Origin: Macrostomum hystrix
Taxonomy: Eukaryota; Animalia; Platyhelminthes
Direction: 5' to 3'
Assembly (NCBI GenBank): GCA_950097015.1
Contig: CATNEN010000029.1
Location: 1,612,001 to 1,676,000 of the forward strand
Length of the DNA: 64,000 nucleotides
This document shows, piece after piece, positions 1 to 12,940 of this stretch. Each line of letters opens with the position of its first letter. The stretch's first letter is position 1. Below the pieces are notes generated by a model. That model searched no databases and was not told the DNA's origin. It saw only the letters and a list, made by a program, of their open reading frames with translations. A program made the position numbers and the translations under genes.

Positions 1-137
1 CACTCTCTGCTTTCTCCATTCTATGCTTTCTCCACTCTATGCTTTCTCCACTCTCTGCTTTCTCCACTCTCTGCTTTCTCCACTCTCTGCTTTCTCCACT
101 CTCTGCTTTCTCCACTCTCTGCTTTCTCCACTCTCTG
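1..137. repeat. 16-bp tandem repeat (CACTCTCTGCTTTCTC)n, about 8 copies, cut by the window start
   Basis: Direct periodicity at the start of the window. Confidence 0.9.
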
Positions 138-794
138 CTGTTACTCTTCCCTATCTCTTCTGCCTCCTATCTCCTGTCTCCTATTTCCATCCATATACGC
201 CCCTTTTAACTGGCATCGCGGTTATCATTAGCACATTCCACAAATGAGAATACACCGTCTTTATTAATAATCTGCAACTGAATCAATCGTGCCATTTCTT
301 CTGTGTGGCCGAAACTTCCAAAGCGGGTTGTTCATAGGTATCTTCTATTAATGTTATACTGTGGGAAAAATGACAATAATTGAGCTACAGTATATCGAGG
401 CGCCACCTTCTGTATAGGCAATCAATATAGTTCGTACGATAAAGCTTTTTTCCTCCATCCCGCCAGTTTCTGACTCTTACAATGCAGTCAAATCAATTGT
501 TTTCCAAATTCATGCTGGATGAAAGGTCTGTCTAAAGCAAGCTCTGAAAAAACAACAGCTACTCAATACCTACTCAAAAACAGCGACTCAATTTTTCTTG
601 GGAAAGTAGTATGTGAAAATATACTTTTATAATTTGGATAGGTTTGTTAAAATTTTCCAATTAAGCATTCTTCAAAATGCACATTGTGTCATATTGTCCG
701 CTTCAGGTCATCTTCATTCACCCCCCCTAAAAAGTCGTGTCATTTTGTCCAACCGTGTCATATTGTCCAGCTCGTGTCATTCAGTACTCTTAAG

Positions 795-1088
795 GTCCCA
801 GGCATTCAAAGCCATTCCCTCATCAGGCATTGCGGACCCATTGTCCCAGGCATTCAAAGCCATTCCCTCATCAGGCATTGCGGACCCATTGTCCCAGGCA
901 TTCAAAGCCATTCCCTCATCAGGCATTGCGGACCCATTGTCCCAGGCATTCAAAGCCATTCCCTCATCAGGCATTGCGGACCCATTGTCCCAGGCATTCA
1001 AAGCCATTCCCTCATCAGGCATTGCGGACCCATTGTCCCAGGCATTCAAAGCCATTCCCTCATCAGGCATTGCGGACCCATTGTCCCA
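795..1088. repeat. 48-bp minisatellite x6 in the NDST intron, just upstream of the acceptor at 1120
   Basis: Unit CCCAGGCATTCAAAGCCATTCCCTCATCAGGCATTGCGGACCCATTGT; 16-aa periodicity in overlapping ORFs. Confidence 0.95.
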
Positions 1089-1120
1089 CAAATGAACATC
1101 AAGCATCGGCAATTCCACAG

Positions 1121-2995
1121 GGCCTTCCAATCAGTCCTGGCTACGCGGTGGCACCGCATCACTCCGGGGTCTATCCGGTTCACGAGCCACTGTACGAAGC
1201 CTGGCATCGGGTCTGGTCGGTGAATGTGACATCAACTGAGGAGTATCCTCACCTGAGGCCGGCGCGTCGCAGGCGCGGCTTTGTCTATAGAGGCGTGCGC
1301 GTACTGCCCAGGGAGACGTGCGGCATTTATACGCACACAGTTAGACTGGCAGCTTATCCTAAAGGACCGGATCGACTGCGCGAATTGATACTCGGAGGCG
1401 AATTGTTTCACACGGTTCTATTACATCCGGTCAGCGTATTCATGACCCATATGCCTAATTATGCTAGCGATAGGCTAGCCTACTATGTATTCGACGGCCT
1501 ATTTAGCTTCCTGAGCTGTCACACTAATGTGCGCCTCCGCTGGCTCGAGCCGCAGCGCCTGGCTAGCTTGTACTTTAATCAGCTGCGTCGGGAAGATCAA
1601 CAGGCTCCTCTATGGCTCAGTCCGTGTACTGATCCTCGGCATCGGGAGATCTGGGCTGGCCCGGCTGACCTGTGCCATCGCCTGCCCGCACTAGTCATTG
1701 TCGGGCCACAGAAGACTGGCAGTACAGCTTTGCACATATTTTTAGGCTTGCATCCGCAGCTGCTGCCATCGCTGCGACATTCGCGCACCTTCGAAGAGGT
1801 CCAGTTCTTCACCGATCCAAACTACGCCAAGGGCCTGCTGCACTATTATTCTTATTTCAACTATACGAAAAATTTCACCACAAACTTTTCTATGGACGGC
1901 GCGCGACCGTTGTACTTTGAAAAGTCGGCTAATTATTTCGATCAGACTCGGGTGCCAGGCCGTATGAAGGCCCTGCTACCAAATGCGCGCATTGTGGCCA
2001 TCCTGCTGGATCCAGCTCAGCGAGCCTATTCATGGTATCAGCACCAGCTGGCTCACAGGGATCCAACTGCTGTGAACTACACCTTCTACCAGGTAAGTTA
2101 CCGGCTCTCATTACTGTACGTACTGCAGTAAAATGGATGGAATTGTAGTTGGAAACTACACCTAAAACCATTGGGCCCGACTTCTAACCAAGAGGTTGCA
2201 AGTTCGATTCTCAACCAAAGGGAGGCTATCTTTATACCCAGCTGTAAAATAAGTGGCAGCATTAGCTTGAGTACATTTTTCCTTTGTTTAATTCTAGCCT
2301 TTGTTTAATTGTGCCATTGCGTGTGCCTTAGAACCCTTATTTCCCATTTGGCACCCTGTTTTTCTAACCAAAGGGCCTAATGGCACCACAATTTTAACGA
2401 AAAAACCCAGATTCTAGAGTGCTCTAGAATCATATCTTTCTCATAATTTTTCCTTTATTTTTTGTCACCTTTTGTCAAACACAGTTCCCACTCTGTCCAT
2501 GCACAGGTGATCACCTCGTCGGACGATCCCTCCTCGCCGCTGGAGCTTCGTCAACTTCGCCAGCGCTGCCTAAATCCCGGTCTTTACGCGGCCATACTAC
2601 AGCGCTGGTTCCGTCAGTACAGGCCGCGCAGTGTCTACCTAGTGGACGGCGATCAGTTGCGCAATAGTCCAGCGCAGGCTGTGCACCGACTGCAGAGGTG
2701 GCTAGGCTTGAAGCCGCAGGTAGACTATACCAAACTATTGCTATTCAACAAGCGCAAAGGCTTCTATTGCTACAGGCCGGTCCTGCCAGATCTAACTGTG
2801 CAACGCCAGCCTCGCTGCCTCGGCTCTGGCAAAGGCCGGCATTATCCGGCCATTGATGAGGCCAGTTTAGCCTACCTGCGCGCCTATTACCGACACGACA
2901 GTGCTCAGCTTTATAAACTGCTGCGTAGGCATTCCTATAGGCCGCCCGGCTGGCTGCTAGCAATGCAGACAGCTAGTCCCAGGGCTGCCGTTTGA
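1121..2995 (+). CDS. NDST: Bifunctional heparan sulfate N-deacetylase/N-sulfotransferase, last two coding exons (1121-2092, 2507-2995); 5' exons are outside the window
   Basis: GYAVAPHHSGVYPVH, TSTEEYPHL, 5'-PSB GPQKTGST, FEEVQFF, 3'-PB RAYSWYQH and CLGSGKGRHYP match NDST1 motifs. Junctions cacag|GGC at 1121, CAG|gtaagt at 2092 and gcacag|GTG at 2507 are all phase 0; stop TGA at 2993-2995. Confidence 0.95.
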
Positions 2996-3189
2996 TTGGC
3001 CCGTTTTCCAACCATGGTTACATGATGGTCACAAACTTTTATGTACAGGCTAAGCAATTGCTTTAACGAATCCCTTTAACGATAATAGTCCTTTGAAATT
3101 CCTCAATTTTCTGATCTAACGAATCCCAAAGATGCAAGTTCTTTTCAAGTGCCCTAACCAATCACTCTTTCGAATCCCCTAACTTACCA

Positions 3190-4375
3190 ATCGCTCTTTC
3201 AAATCCCCCATCCCTAAGGCTCTTTCAAATCCCCTATCCCTATGGCTCTTTCAAATCCCCCATCTCTAAGGCTCTTTCAAATCCCCTATCCCTATGGCTC
3301 TTTCAAATCCCCCATCTCTAAGGCTCTTTCAAATCCCCCATCCCTATGGCTCTTTCAAATCCCCCATCTCTAAGGCTCTTTCAAATCCCCCATCCCTAAG
3401 GCTCTTTCAAATCCCCCATCTCTAAGGCTCTTTCAAATCCCCTATCCCTATGGCTCTTTCAAATCCCCCATCTCTAAGGCTCTTTCAAATCCCCCATCTC
3501 TAAGGCTCTTTCAAATCCCCCATCCCTACGGCTCTTTCAAATCCCCTATCCCTATGGCTCTTTCGAATCCCCTATCCCTAAGGCTCTTTCAAATCCTCTA
3601 TCCCTATGGCTCTTTCGAATCCCCTATCCCTATGGTTCTTTCAAATCCCCTATCCCTATGGCTCTTTCAAATCCCCTATCCCTATGGCTCTTTCAAATCC
3701 CCCATCTCTAAGGCTCTTTCAAATCCCCCATCCCTAAGGCTCTTTCAAATCCCCTATCCCTATGGCTCTTTCGAATCCCCTATCCCTAAGGCTCTTTCAA
3801 ATCCCCTATCCCTATGGCTCTTTTAAATCCCCTATCCCTATGGCTCTTTCAAATCCCCTATCCCTATGGCTCTTTCAAATCCCCTATCCCTATGGCTCTT
3901 TTAAATCCCCTATCCCTATGGCTCTTTCAAATCCCCCATCCCTATGGCTCTTTCAAATCCCTTAGTAATGGCTCTTTCAAATCCCCTATCCCTGTGGCTC
4001 TTTCAAATCTCCTAACTAATGGCTCTTTCAAATCCCCTATCCCTATGGCTCTTTCAAATCCCCCATCTCTAAGGCTCTTTCAAATCCCCTATCCCTATGG
4101 CTCTTTCAAATCCCCTATCCCTATGGCTCTTTCAAATCCCCCATCTCTAAGGCTCTTTCAAATCCCCCATCCCTAAGGCTCTTTCAAATCCCCTATCCCT
4201 ATGGCTCTTTCGAATCCCCTATCCCTAAGGCTCTTTCAAATCCCCTATCCCTGTGGCTCTTTCAAATCCCTTAGTAATGGCTCTTTCAAATCCCCTATCC
4301 CTGTGGCTCTTTCAAATCCCTTAGTAATGGCTCTTTCAAATCCCCTATCCCTGTGGCTCTTTCAAATCTCTTTCA
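3190..4375. repeat. 26-bp minisatellite (GGCTCTTTCAAATCCCCTATCCCTAT and variants)
   Basis: Direct periodicity, about 45 copies. Confidence 0.95.
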
Positions 4376-4742
4376 AAACTAATGGGTCTTTAGATTCCCA
4401 TAAAAATGGCTTTTTTATATCCCCTAACTGATTGCTAATTCAAACCCCCAAATACAAGTTCTTTAAGTCCTCAAATTATTCTAGCTTTATCAAATACCTT
4501 TAATACAGGCTCCATTGTTCAGTATCTTACATCGCAGTGCTTCCTTTTTCGTGTAAATACTAGCTCATATTTATCCTGTTAACTACCAATTAACCAGAAC
4601 GAACTATTACCAGTTTTGTAAATAACATATTTATAAACGTCATTACTGTCAGTTAATATAGCCAAGTTTTAGTCAGAAAGCGTATAAGATTTTACACCTG
4701 ATAGTTGCTTCTTATTTCTATGTGCATGTGTCGCATTTTTTG

Positions 4743-5252
4743 TATTGCTTTTGTCGCGCTATGTGGAACAGTGGACATGCAAAACGGAACGGCCCATGGA
4801 ATTCTATGGCCAAGCGTTTGAATTCACGCGAGAAAGTAAGCCATAGACAACTCCATTTACCATGCTATGTGTAACGATGGGTCAGAATAGAAGGAACGAT
4901 TTTAGTTTTCCGAAGAGACAGCACGCTTTCATTTTCTTTCGGTTGATCAGTTAAGCAATAACTGACGCCCCAAATTTCTGTACGTGATCGACAACGCATC
5001 GTCGCCGCCTTGCACCGTGGACTGTCGATGAAGGACGTGTCAGTCTTGTTAGGAGTATCCAAAACGTTTTTTATGGATGGCCCAAATTTTCACCGTAATG
5101 TGAAGATCCGAGAAAACCATCTATTTTGGCTCATCGTTCCAGAGTTGTCTATGGCTTACTTTCTCGCGTGAATTCAAACGCTTGGCCATAGAATTCCAAG
5201 GGCCATTCCGTTTTGCATGTCCACTGTACCACATAGCGCGACAAAAGCAATA
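4743..5252. mobile_element. MITE-like element with 111-bp terminal inverted repeats
   Basis: 4743-4853 (TATTGCTTTTGTCGCGCTATGTGG...CCATAGACAACTC) is the near-perfect reverse complement of 5142-5252; about 290-bp non-coding interior; outer TA could be a target-site duplication. Confidence 0.8.
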
Positions 5253-5859
5253 TTGGCTTGCCTCCATACTTTTTATGTCATTGAATTAAACGGAAATAAA
5301 ATTTCCTTATTGGATTAAAATGCGAAAATTCTCAAAATTCGAGTTAGTACTTGTTTCATATTTTCTACTTTGTACTAAGTTAGCAAGTTTGACTAGGTTT
5401 TGGCCATAGACAACATAGCGAAACCGCTAATTGGATTTGGCCTTCTCAAGGTGTCTATGATTTTTACGCTTATTTTTATGGTCATCTTGATTACCTTTAT
5501 AGAATCACAAGTCTTGGTTTCCAATGAGAAAATTATAGATTTAAGTCAAATAGTTTTGAGTAAATTTTGAGTAATTTTTGCTGCATTTATTTTCCGGACA
5601 ACAATATTCTATAGATGCTACTACAGTAAGTAGAACAGTTATTGAAATAGCAGAGTGTGTGAGTTTGAGTTAGTGTTGTGCAATGCTTTGCTTAAAAAAC
5701 AACGTGTTATATATTTGACTTTTGCCTACCACCCCTTATTTAGCGTGGCATTAGCATTTTTTCCTTCATGAATTTTAATTTTGTTTTTTTATCATCTTAT
5801 AAGGACTTGTAACTTAAATTTCACTGGAAAACACTAGTTATTCGTCACGCAAAATCTTA

Positions 5860-8735
5860 TAGGAAATACGGAGTGTTGGTATCTCAAAATCTCATATGAG
5901 ACACGAGGATTATGGTCTCTCAAAATCTCAAAGGAGACACGGGGTCACTCAAAATCTCATAGGAGACACGAGGATTATGGTCACTCAAAATCTCATAGGA
6001 GACACGAGGATTATGGTCACTCAAAATCTCATAGGAGACACGAGGATTATGGTCTCTCAAAATCTCATAGGAGACACGAGGATTATGGTCTCTCAAAATC
6101 TCATAGGAGACACGAGGATTATGGTCTCTCAAAATCTCATATGAGACACGAGGATTATGGTCTCTCAAAATCTCAAAGGAGACACGGGGTCACTCAAAAT
6201 CTCATAGGAGACACGAGGATTATGGTCACTCAAAATCTCATAGGAGACACGAGGATTATGGTCTCTCAAAATCTCAAAGGAGACACGGGGTCACTTAAAA
6301 TCTCATAGGAGACACGAGGATTATGGTCTCTCAAAATCTCATAGGAGACACGAAGATTATGGTCACTCAAAATCTTATAGGAGTCACTAGGATTATGGTC
6401 TCTCAAAATCTCATAGGAGACACGGGGTCACTCAAAATCTCATAGGAGACACGAGGATTATGGTCTCTCAAAATCTCATAGGAGACACGGGGTCACTTAA
6501 AATCTCATAGGAGACATGAGGATTATGGTCTCTCAAAATCTCATAGGAGACACGGGGCCACTTAAAATCTCATAGGAGACATGAGGATTATGGTCTCTCA
6601 AAATCTCATAGGAGACACGAGGATTATGGTCACTCAAAATCTCAAAGGAGACACGGGGTCACTCAAAATCTCATAGGAGACACGAGGATTATGGTCTCTC
6701 AAAATCTCATAGGAGACACGAGGATTATGGTCTCTCAAAATCTCATAGGAGACACGAGGATTATGGTCACTCAAAATCTTATAGGAGTCACGAGGATTAT
6801 GGTCTCTCAAAATCTCATAGGAGACACGGGGTCACTTAAAATCTCATAGGAGACATGAGGATTATGGTCTCTCAAAATCTCATAGGAGACACGAGGATTA
6901 TGGTCTCTCAAAATCTCAAAGGAGACACGGGGTCACTTAAAATCTCATAGGAGACACGAGGATTATGGTCTCTCAAAATCTCATAGGAGACACGAAGATT
7001 ATGGTCACTCAAAATCTTATAGGAGTCACTAGGATTATGGTCTCTCAAAATCTCATAGGAGACACGGGGTCACTTAAAATCTCATAGGAGACATGAGGAT
7101 TATGGTCTCTCAAAATCTCATAGGAGACACGGGGTCACTTAAAATCTCATAGGAGACATGAGGATTATGGTCTCTCAAAATCTCATAGGAGACACGAGGA
7201 TTATGGTCACTCAAAATCTCAAAGGAGACACGGGGTCACTCAAAATCTCATAGGAGACACGAGGATTATGGTCTCTCAAAATCTCATAGGAGACACGGGG
7301 TCACTTAAAATCTCATAGGAGACATGAGGATTATGGTCTCTCAAAATCTCATAGGAGACACGGGGTCACTTAAAATCTCATAGGAGACATGAGGATTATG
7401 GTCTCTCAAAATCTCATAGGAGACACGAGGATTATGGTCACTCAAAATCTCAAAGGAGACACGGGGTCACTCAAAATCTCATAGGAGACACGAGGATTAT
7501 GGTCTCTCAAAATCTCATAGGAGACACGAGGATTATGGTCTCTCAAAATCTCATAGGAGACACGAGGATTATGGTCACTCAAAATCTTATAGGAGTCACG
7601 AGGATTATGGTCTCTCAAAATCTCATAGGAGACACGGGGTCACTTAAAATCTCATAGGAGACATGAGGATTATGGTCTCTCAAAATCTCATAGGAGACAC
7701 GAGGATTATGGTCACTCAAAATCTCATAGGAGACACGAGGATTATGGTCACTCAAAATCTCATAGGAGACACGGGGTCGCTTAAAATCTCATAGGAGACA
7801 TGAGGATTATGGTCTCTCAAAATCTCATAGGAGACACGAGGATTATGGTCACTCAAAATCTCATAGGAGACACGAGGATTATGGTCACTCAAAATCTCAT
7901 AGGAGACACGGGGTCGCTTAAAATCTCATAGGAGACATGAGGATTATGGTCTCTCAAAATCTCATAGGAGACACGGGGTCGCTTAAAATCTCATAGGAGA
8001 CATGAGGATTATGGTCTCTCAAAATCTCATAGGAGACACGAGGATTATGGTCACTCAAAATCTCATAGGAGACACGGGGTCACTCAAAATCTCATAGGAG
8101 ACACGAGGATTATGGTCACTCAAAATCTCATAGGAGACACGGGGTCGCTTAAAATCTCATAGGAGACATGAGGATTATGGTCTCTCAAAATCTCATAGGA
8201 GACACGGGGTCGCTTAAAATCTCATAGGAGACATGAGGATTATGGTCTCTCAAAATCTCATAGGAGACACGAGGATTATGGTCACTCAAAATCTCATAGG
8301 AGACACGGGGTCGCTTAAAATCTCATAGGAGACATGAGGATTATGGTCTCTCAAAATCTCATAGGAGACACGAAGATTATGGTCACTCAAAATCTCATAG
8401 GAGACACGGGGTCGCTTAAAATCTCATAGGAGACATGAGGATTATGGTCTCTCAAAATCTCATAGGAGACACGGGGTCGCTTAAAATCTCATAGGAGACA
8501 TGAGGATTATGGTCTCTCAAAATCTCATAGGAGACACGAGGATTATGGTCACTCAAAATCTCATAGGAGACACGGGGTCGCTTAAAATCTCATAGGAGAC
8601 ATGAGGATTATGGTCTCTCAAAATCTCATAGGAGACACGGGGTCGCTTAAAATCTCATAGGAGACATGAGGATTATGGTCTCTCAAAATCTCATAGGAGA
8701 CACGAGGATTATGGTCACTCAAAATCTCAAAGGAA
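5860..8735. repeat. 2.9-kb minisatellite of interspersed 36-bp and 29-bp units
   Basis: CAAAATCTCATAGGAGACACGAGGATTATGGTCTCT (36) and CAAAATCTCATAGGAGACACGGGGTCACT (29); no unique spacers. Confidence 0.95.
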
Positions 8736-8791
8736 ATTTAGTGCGTTGGTCACTTAAAATTTCGCCTTAAACACCCTGCTGCAGAGCCGTC

Positions 8792-10970
8792 ATGCTTCTC
8801 CGTCTTGGCGTCTTTCATCTAGTTTGCATTCTCTTCGTTGTTGTTGACGCTGCAAGCAGCAGCAACCGCTTAGCAGACATTAGGTCCTACAAGCAGCTGT
8901 CCAATATGTGCATGCTGGGCCGACTGCACAAGCCGAATCCTGGCCCGGAACCGGATCTAACCGGTCCGTGCTCCGGCTATTCTAGCCGGTCCTGCTGCTC
9001 GGCGGAAGTTGGCAGCCGGCTTAGCAGCGACGACGAGTTTGCTCAGGCCGCCTTCCGGATGGATCACTGCGGCAAGAGGCTCTCGGCTCAATGCGAGAAA
9101 TGGTTAGTGGTTAGACGGGGATCTCCCGATTATAGATGGGAATTTCCACATCCTTCATCTTCATGGAAAATCTCCAGTTTCTAGGTGGGAATCCCCACAT
9201 CCTTCATGGAAAATCTCCAGTTTCTAGGTGGGAATCCCCACATCCTTCATGGAAAATCTCCAGTTTCTAGGTGAAAATCCCCACATCCTTTATGGAAAAT
9301 CTCCAGTTTCTAGGTGGGAATCCCCACATCCTTCATGGAAAATCTCCAGTTTCTAGGTGGGAATCCCCACATCCTTCATGGAAAATCTCCAGTTTCTAGG
9401 TGGGAATCCCCACATCCTTCATGGAAAATCTCCAGTTCCTAGGTGGCGATCCCCACATCCTTCATGGAAAATCTCCAGTTTCTAGGTGGCAATCCCCACA
9501 TCCTTCATGGAAAATCTCCAGTTTCTAGGTGGCAATCCCCACATCCTTCATGGAAAATCGATTGTTACTGCGACAATTGCTACTGCGATTGTTATTATTA
9601 AGATGGAATGTTCAGATCCTTAATATTGATGGGATCTCCAGATCCAAGATAAAGATATGATCTCTAGATCCTTGATAAAGATATGATCTCCAGATCCAAG
9701 ATAAAGATATGATCTCCAGATGCAAGATAAAGATGAGATCTCCAGATCCAAGATAAAGATGAGATCTCCAGATGCAAGATAAAGATGAGATCTCCAGATC
9801 CAAGATAAAGATATGATCTCTAGATCCTTGATAAAGATGGGATCTCCAGATCCAGGATAAAGATTAGATCTACAGATCCAAGATAAAGATGGGATCTGCA
9901 GATCCTTAATATTGATGGGATCTCCAGATCCTTGATAAAGATGGGATCTCCAGATCCAAGATAAAGATTAGATCTTCAGATCCAAGATAAAGATGAGATC
10001 TCCAGATCCTTAACAAAGATGGGATCTTCTGATCCAAGATAAGGTTGTTAGTTCTGAGTTCTAGGAGAGGCTTTCCATGCCCAACAAACTCAAATTTTTA
10101 TCTAGTTACTAATGATTTGCACTATAAGTTCGGGGGTCAGTGGCAGTGCTGTTAACACTTGCCTGAGTGTTAGCACATATGTTCCTGAGCTCGATTCCGC
10201 GGCGAGGCCATATTAAATTGGGGCGCAGCCGCGGAGAGAAGGCTTGGGGGCTTGTTGTGCAATTTTTCGCCCATGAGGGCCAACCTCCAAGGCACAGTAA
10301 GAGTGTACACAGCCTAACGATGAGAAAGTGTGCTCATGTGTGCTCAGGAGTCAGCAGAATGGGCATAATTGCCTCTCCTCGCTGGCTGCGGATCCAGTGT
10401 CACCAATTGATGTGCCACTGCCCGCAGCCCTCCTACAATTATTACTATTACTATAGGTTCGAGCGCAGCCGCTGCCTGTACGAGTGCTCGCCGGACCTGG
10501 GCCCATGGCTAGTGAAAGTGTCCGGTTACAGCTGGCGAACTGAGCGCGCCTACGGTGTCCCACTCTGCCAGTCGCAGTGCCGCTCCTGGTATGCGGCCTG
10601 CTCAGCCGATCTCAGCTGCGTGCCCAACTGGAGCAGAAATTTTCGTTGGATTCGCAAACCGAACAGTTCTAGATTCGTCAACATCTGTCCGGATGGAGGC
10701 CTGTCCATGTGTCGCCCCCTCGCCCAACTGCACGATAACAATGCTAACAGTTTCTGCGAAACTGTCTGGGACGGCGAATTCAAAGTGGTAGCTGATAGCC
10801 AGCCCTGCTTCAAGCTGAGTTGGGACGCCTCGGCTGGCAATCCCAACTCGGTTGTGGCTCTGGAGGCCAGTATGGAGCTGTTTAGCAGCAGTTCCGAAGC
10901 TTTGAGATTGCCCAACACGGCCTGCCTGACTGGCGCTGCACTGATGCTGCTGCTGCTGCTTGCGGCGTGA
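8792..10970 (+). CDS. FOLR: Folate receptor / riboflavin-binding protein family, signal peptide plus GPI-type C-terminus; exons 8792-9102 and 10457-10970
   Basis: HKPNPGPE..C..SCC, DHCG..CEK/WFERSRCLYECSPDLGPW, SWRTER..VPLC, CVPNW, CETVW and GNPN match the FOLR Cys pattern; TG|gttagt...ctatag|G rebuilds a Trp codon; hydrophobic C-terminal tail. Confidence 0.9.
9135..9558. repeat. 43-bp minisatellite, about 10 copies, in the FOLR intron
   Basis: Unit GTGGGAATCCCCACATCCTTCATGGAAAATCTCCAGTTTCTAG. Confidence 0.95.
9612..10040. repeat. 26-bp degenerate minisatellite in the FOLR intron
   Basis: Unit approximately GATCTCCAGATCCAAGATAAAGATGA. Confidence 0.9.
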
Positions 10971-12940
10971 CGGCTGCCCGGATCGCTTTGGTCTGATCAC
11001 AGCTTCATGATCCAGCCTGTGATGTCATTGGTTCAATGATCCCGACTGATTTAGTAACGAATCTCACATGTGATCCTAATCATTCTAGCTATGATCCCTA
11101 TTGATGATCCCATTAATTCTCAACTGTGATCCCATCCTTAATATTCTAAATTTCTAATGTCTGCTTGTTCGTTGCATGTAACGCTCTAGAGATTGATAGC
11201 TCAATTGATTGATCAATTTTTAGGCGTTTTCGCCAAAAATATTTTTTAACAAGGATTAGACCATTAGTTTTTATATTAGTGTGTCTCAAAAACTAATAAA
11301 TTGACACAAAAAATGCGTTCACTGTTCGAGCGAACGCATTATCCGATTTTCGCGATTCTTTCACTAAAATACTCGCCTTCTCGACGAGATGGTACATGTT
11401 AATTTTCTGATAATTAACTTTATTCTGAAGGCATTAAATATTCGAAAAAGCAGTTATTGTCTGCTATATTATTATGGTAATTTTTCATATTAAGAATAGA
11501 TTTCGTCCGTGCTTTTCTCGCCTGCGAGTGTGTTGGCAGATCAGAGGGCCCGCTACTCTCGGGCAATATTTCAATAGGTAAAACGTACATATAACAGATT
11601 TATTTATTGATCTATTTATTGTCAAACATATTGTCGATTTCAATCATTGTGCTGCTTTCTTATCATCTATCTCCAAAGTTGAGTACTTTTGTGTTTTACA
11701 GATGGCAGGTCAAATTCAGCATCCAGTTTTGTTACTGCTTCATTTTCTTTCAATATTTTATCATCAACAGTTAAGAAAGTAAGTAACTGTTTTCTAATTT
11801 CATTTTTATTAAGCTCTTTTTGAACAAGAGTTTTAATATATTATTATCAATTCAAAAGGAAGGACAGATTTTTTCGAGCATAGTACGAGCTATATGCACA
11901 TTTTGCTCCATATTTTGAGAGCATAAGATTTCAAAAAAGGAAAACATGAAATTGGTGTAGCATAAATTTTTCGACCGGACAGCATAAATTATCGAGGGAA
12001 CTTCATCAAATGTCGAGAGTAGCATTGCTCGTATTTATTGAGGGGATATCAAGAGAATATAAGCATAGTATTGAAGCATATGTAATCCCAGTTTTTCGGT
12101 ATCTCAGTCTGACTCGAATTTACCTTCTATTTGATCTGCCTGCCACTATCACTAGGATGTTAGAATCATTCTAATCAATAGCCTGATTGCTATTTTTCCC
12201 AACAGCACTGTCCCCTAATTGCTAAATGCAATACAGGGAAATCAAAGCTGAAACTTTTCTTTTTTAAGCGTAGATTATCAAAGTTCAACAGCTGCTTGTG
12301 TCACCTGATAGTTTTACAATCCGTGTAGTTGGCTATTTTTATACCACTACAAGCTAAATGCAAAGCGATATTTGTCTGCCTAAGTTTTGTCACGTTTTGT
12401 GGCCCTCTTGAGCAGTAATTTCTCTTTCTTGGAATTAACTAAGGTCAGCTGATGTTCAATTGGCATATTTTTATGCCTGCACGATCGAAGTTTACTGGTT
12501 TAAACAATATTTCATTGATTCATTGATTTTCGACCTCATTGAAATTACAATAAAAAGTAAAATATCAACCATACTTTTCCGCCATTTTCTAATTGGTAAA
12601 GCGATGCTATTTTTGTCTCCTAGCACACATGGAATGAAGATTGCCAACTCGCTTGATCCTCTGGTAACTGTTTTCTAGTTTTCTAGATTTTTATTGCTTT
12701 TTATGATTTAGGAAGAATCTACACTACTATTTATATCTGGGAATATAATAATGAGAAATATTAACTGTTTTGCCAGAATTCATTAAAACATTTTTTTAAT
12801 TTCTGGCTTTTTTTGCTAAAACGACCTACAAATGTCCACTGACCTCTTTTTTTTTATTCTAATGTTCTAGCTATAAAAATAATTTCCTTGTTCAAATAAA
12901 TCGTACCACACGGCAAACTTTTGAATTAAGTAATGGCTAC

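Noticed and set aside
613-1120. Repeat-encoded N-terminal extension of the 433-aa NDST ORF
   Set aside because: NDST homology starts exactly at the cacag| acceptor (1121); the upstream frame is intronic 48-bp repeat.
5860-8735. CRISPR-like array (36-bp, partly palindromic repeats)
   Set aside because: Units are directly adjacent with no unique spacers, there are no cas genes, and the context is eukaryotic.
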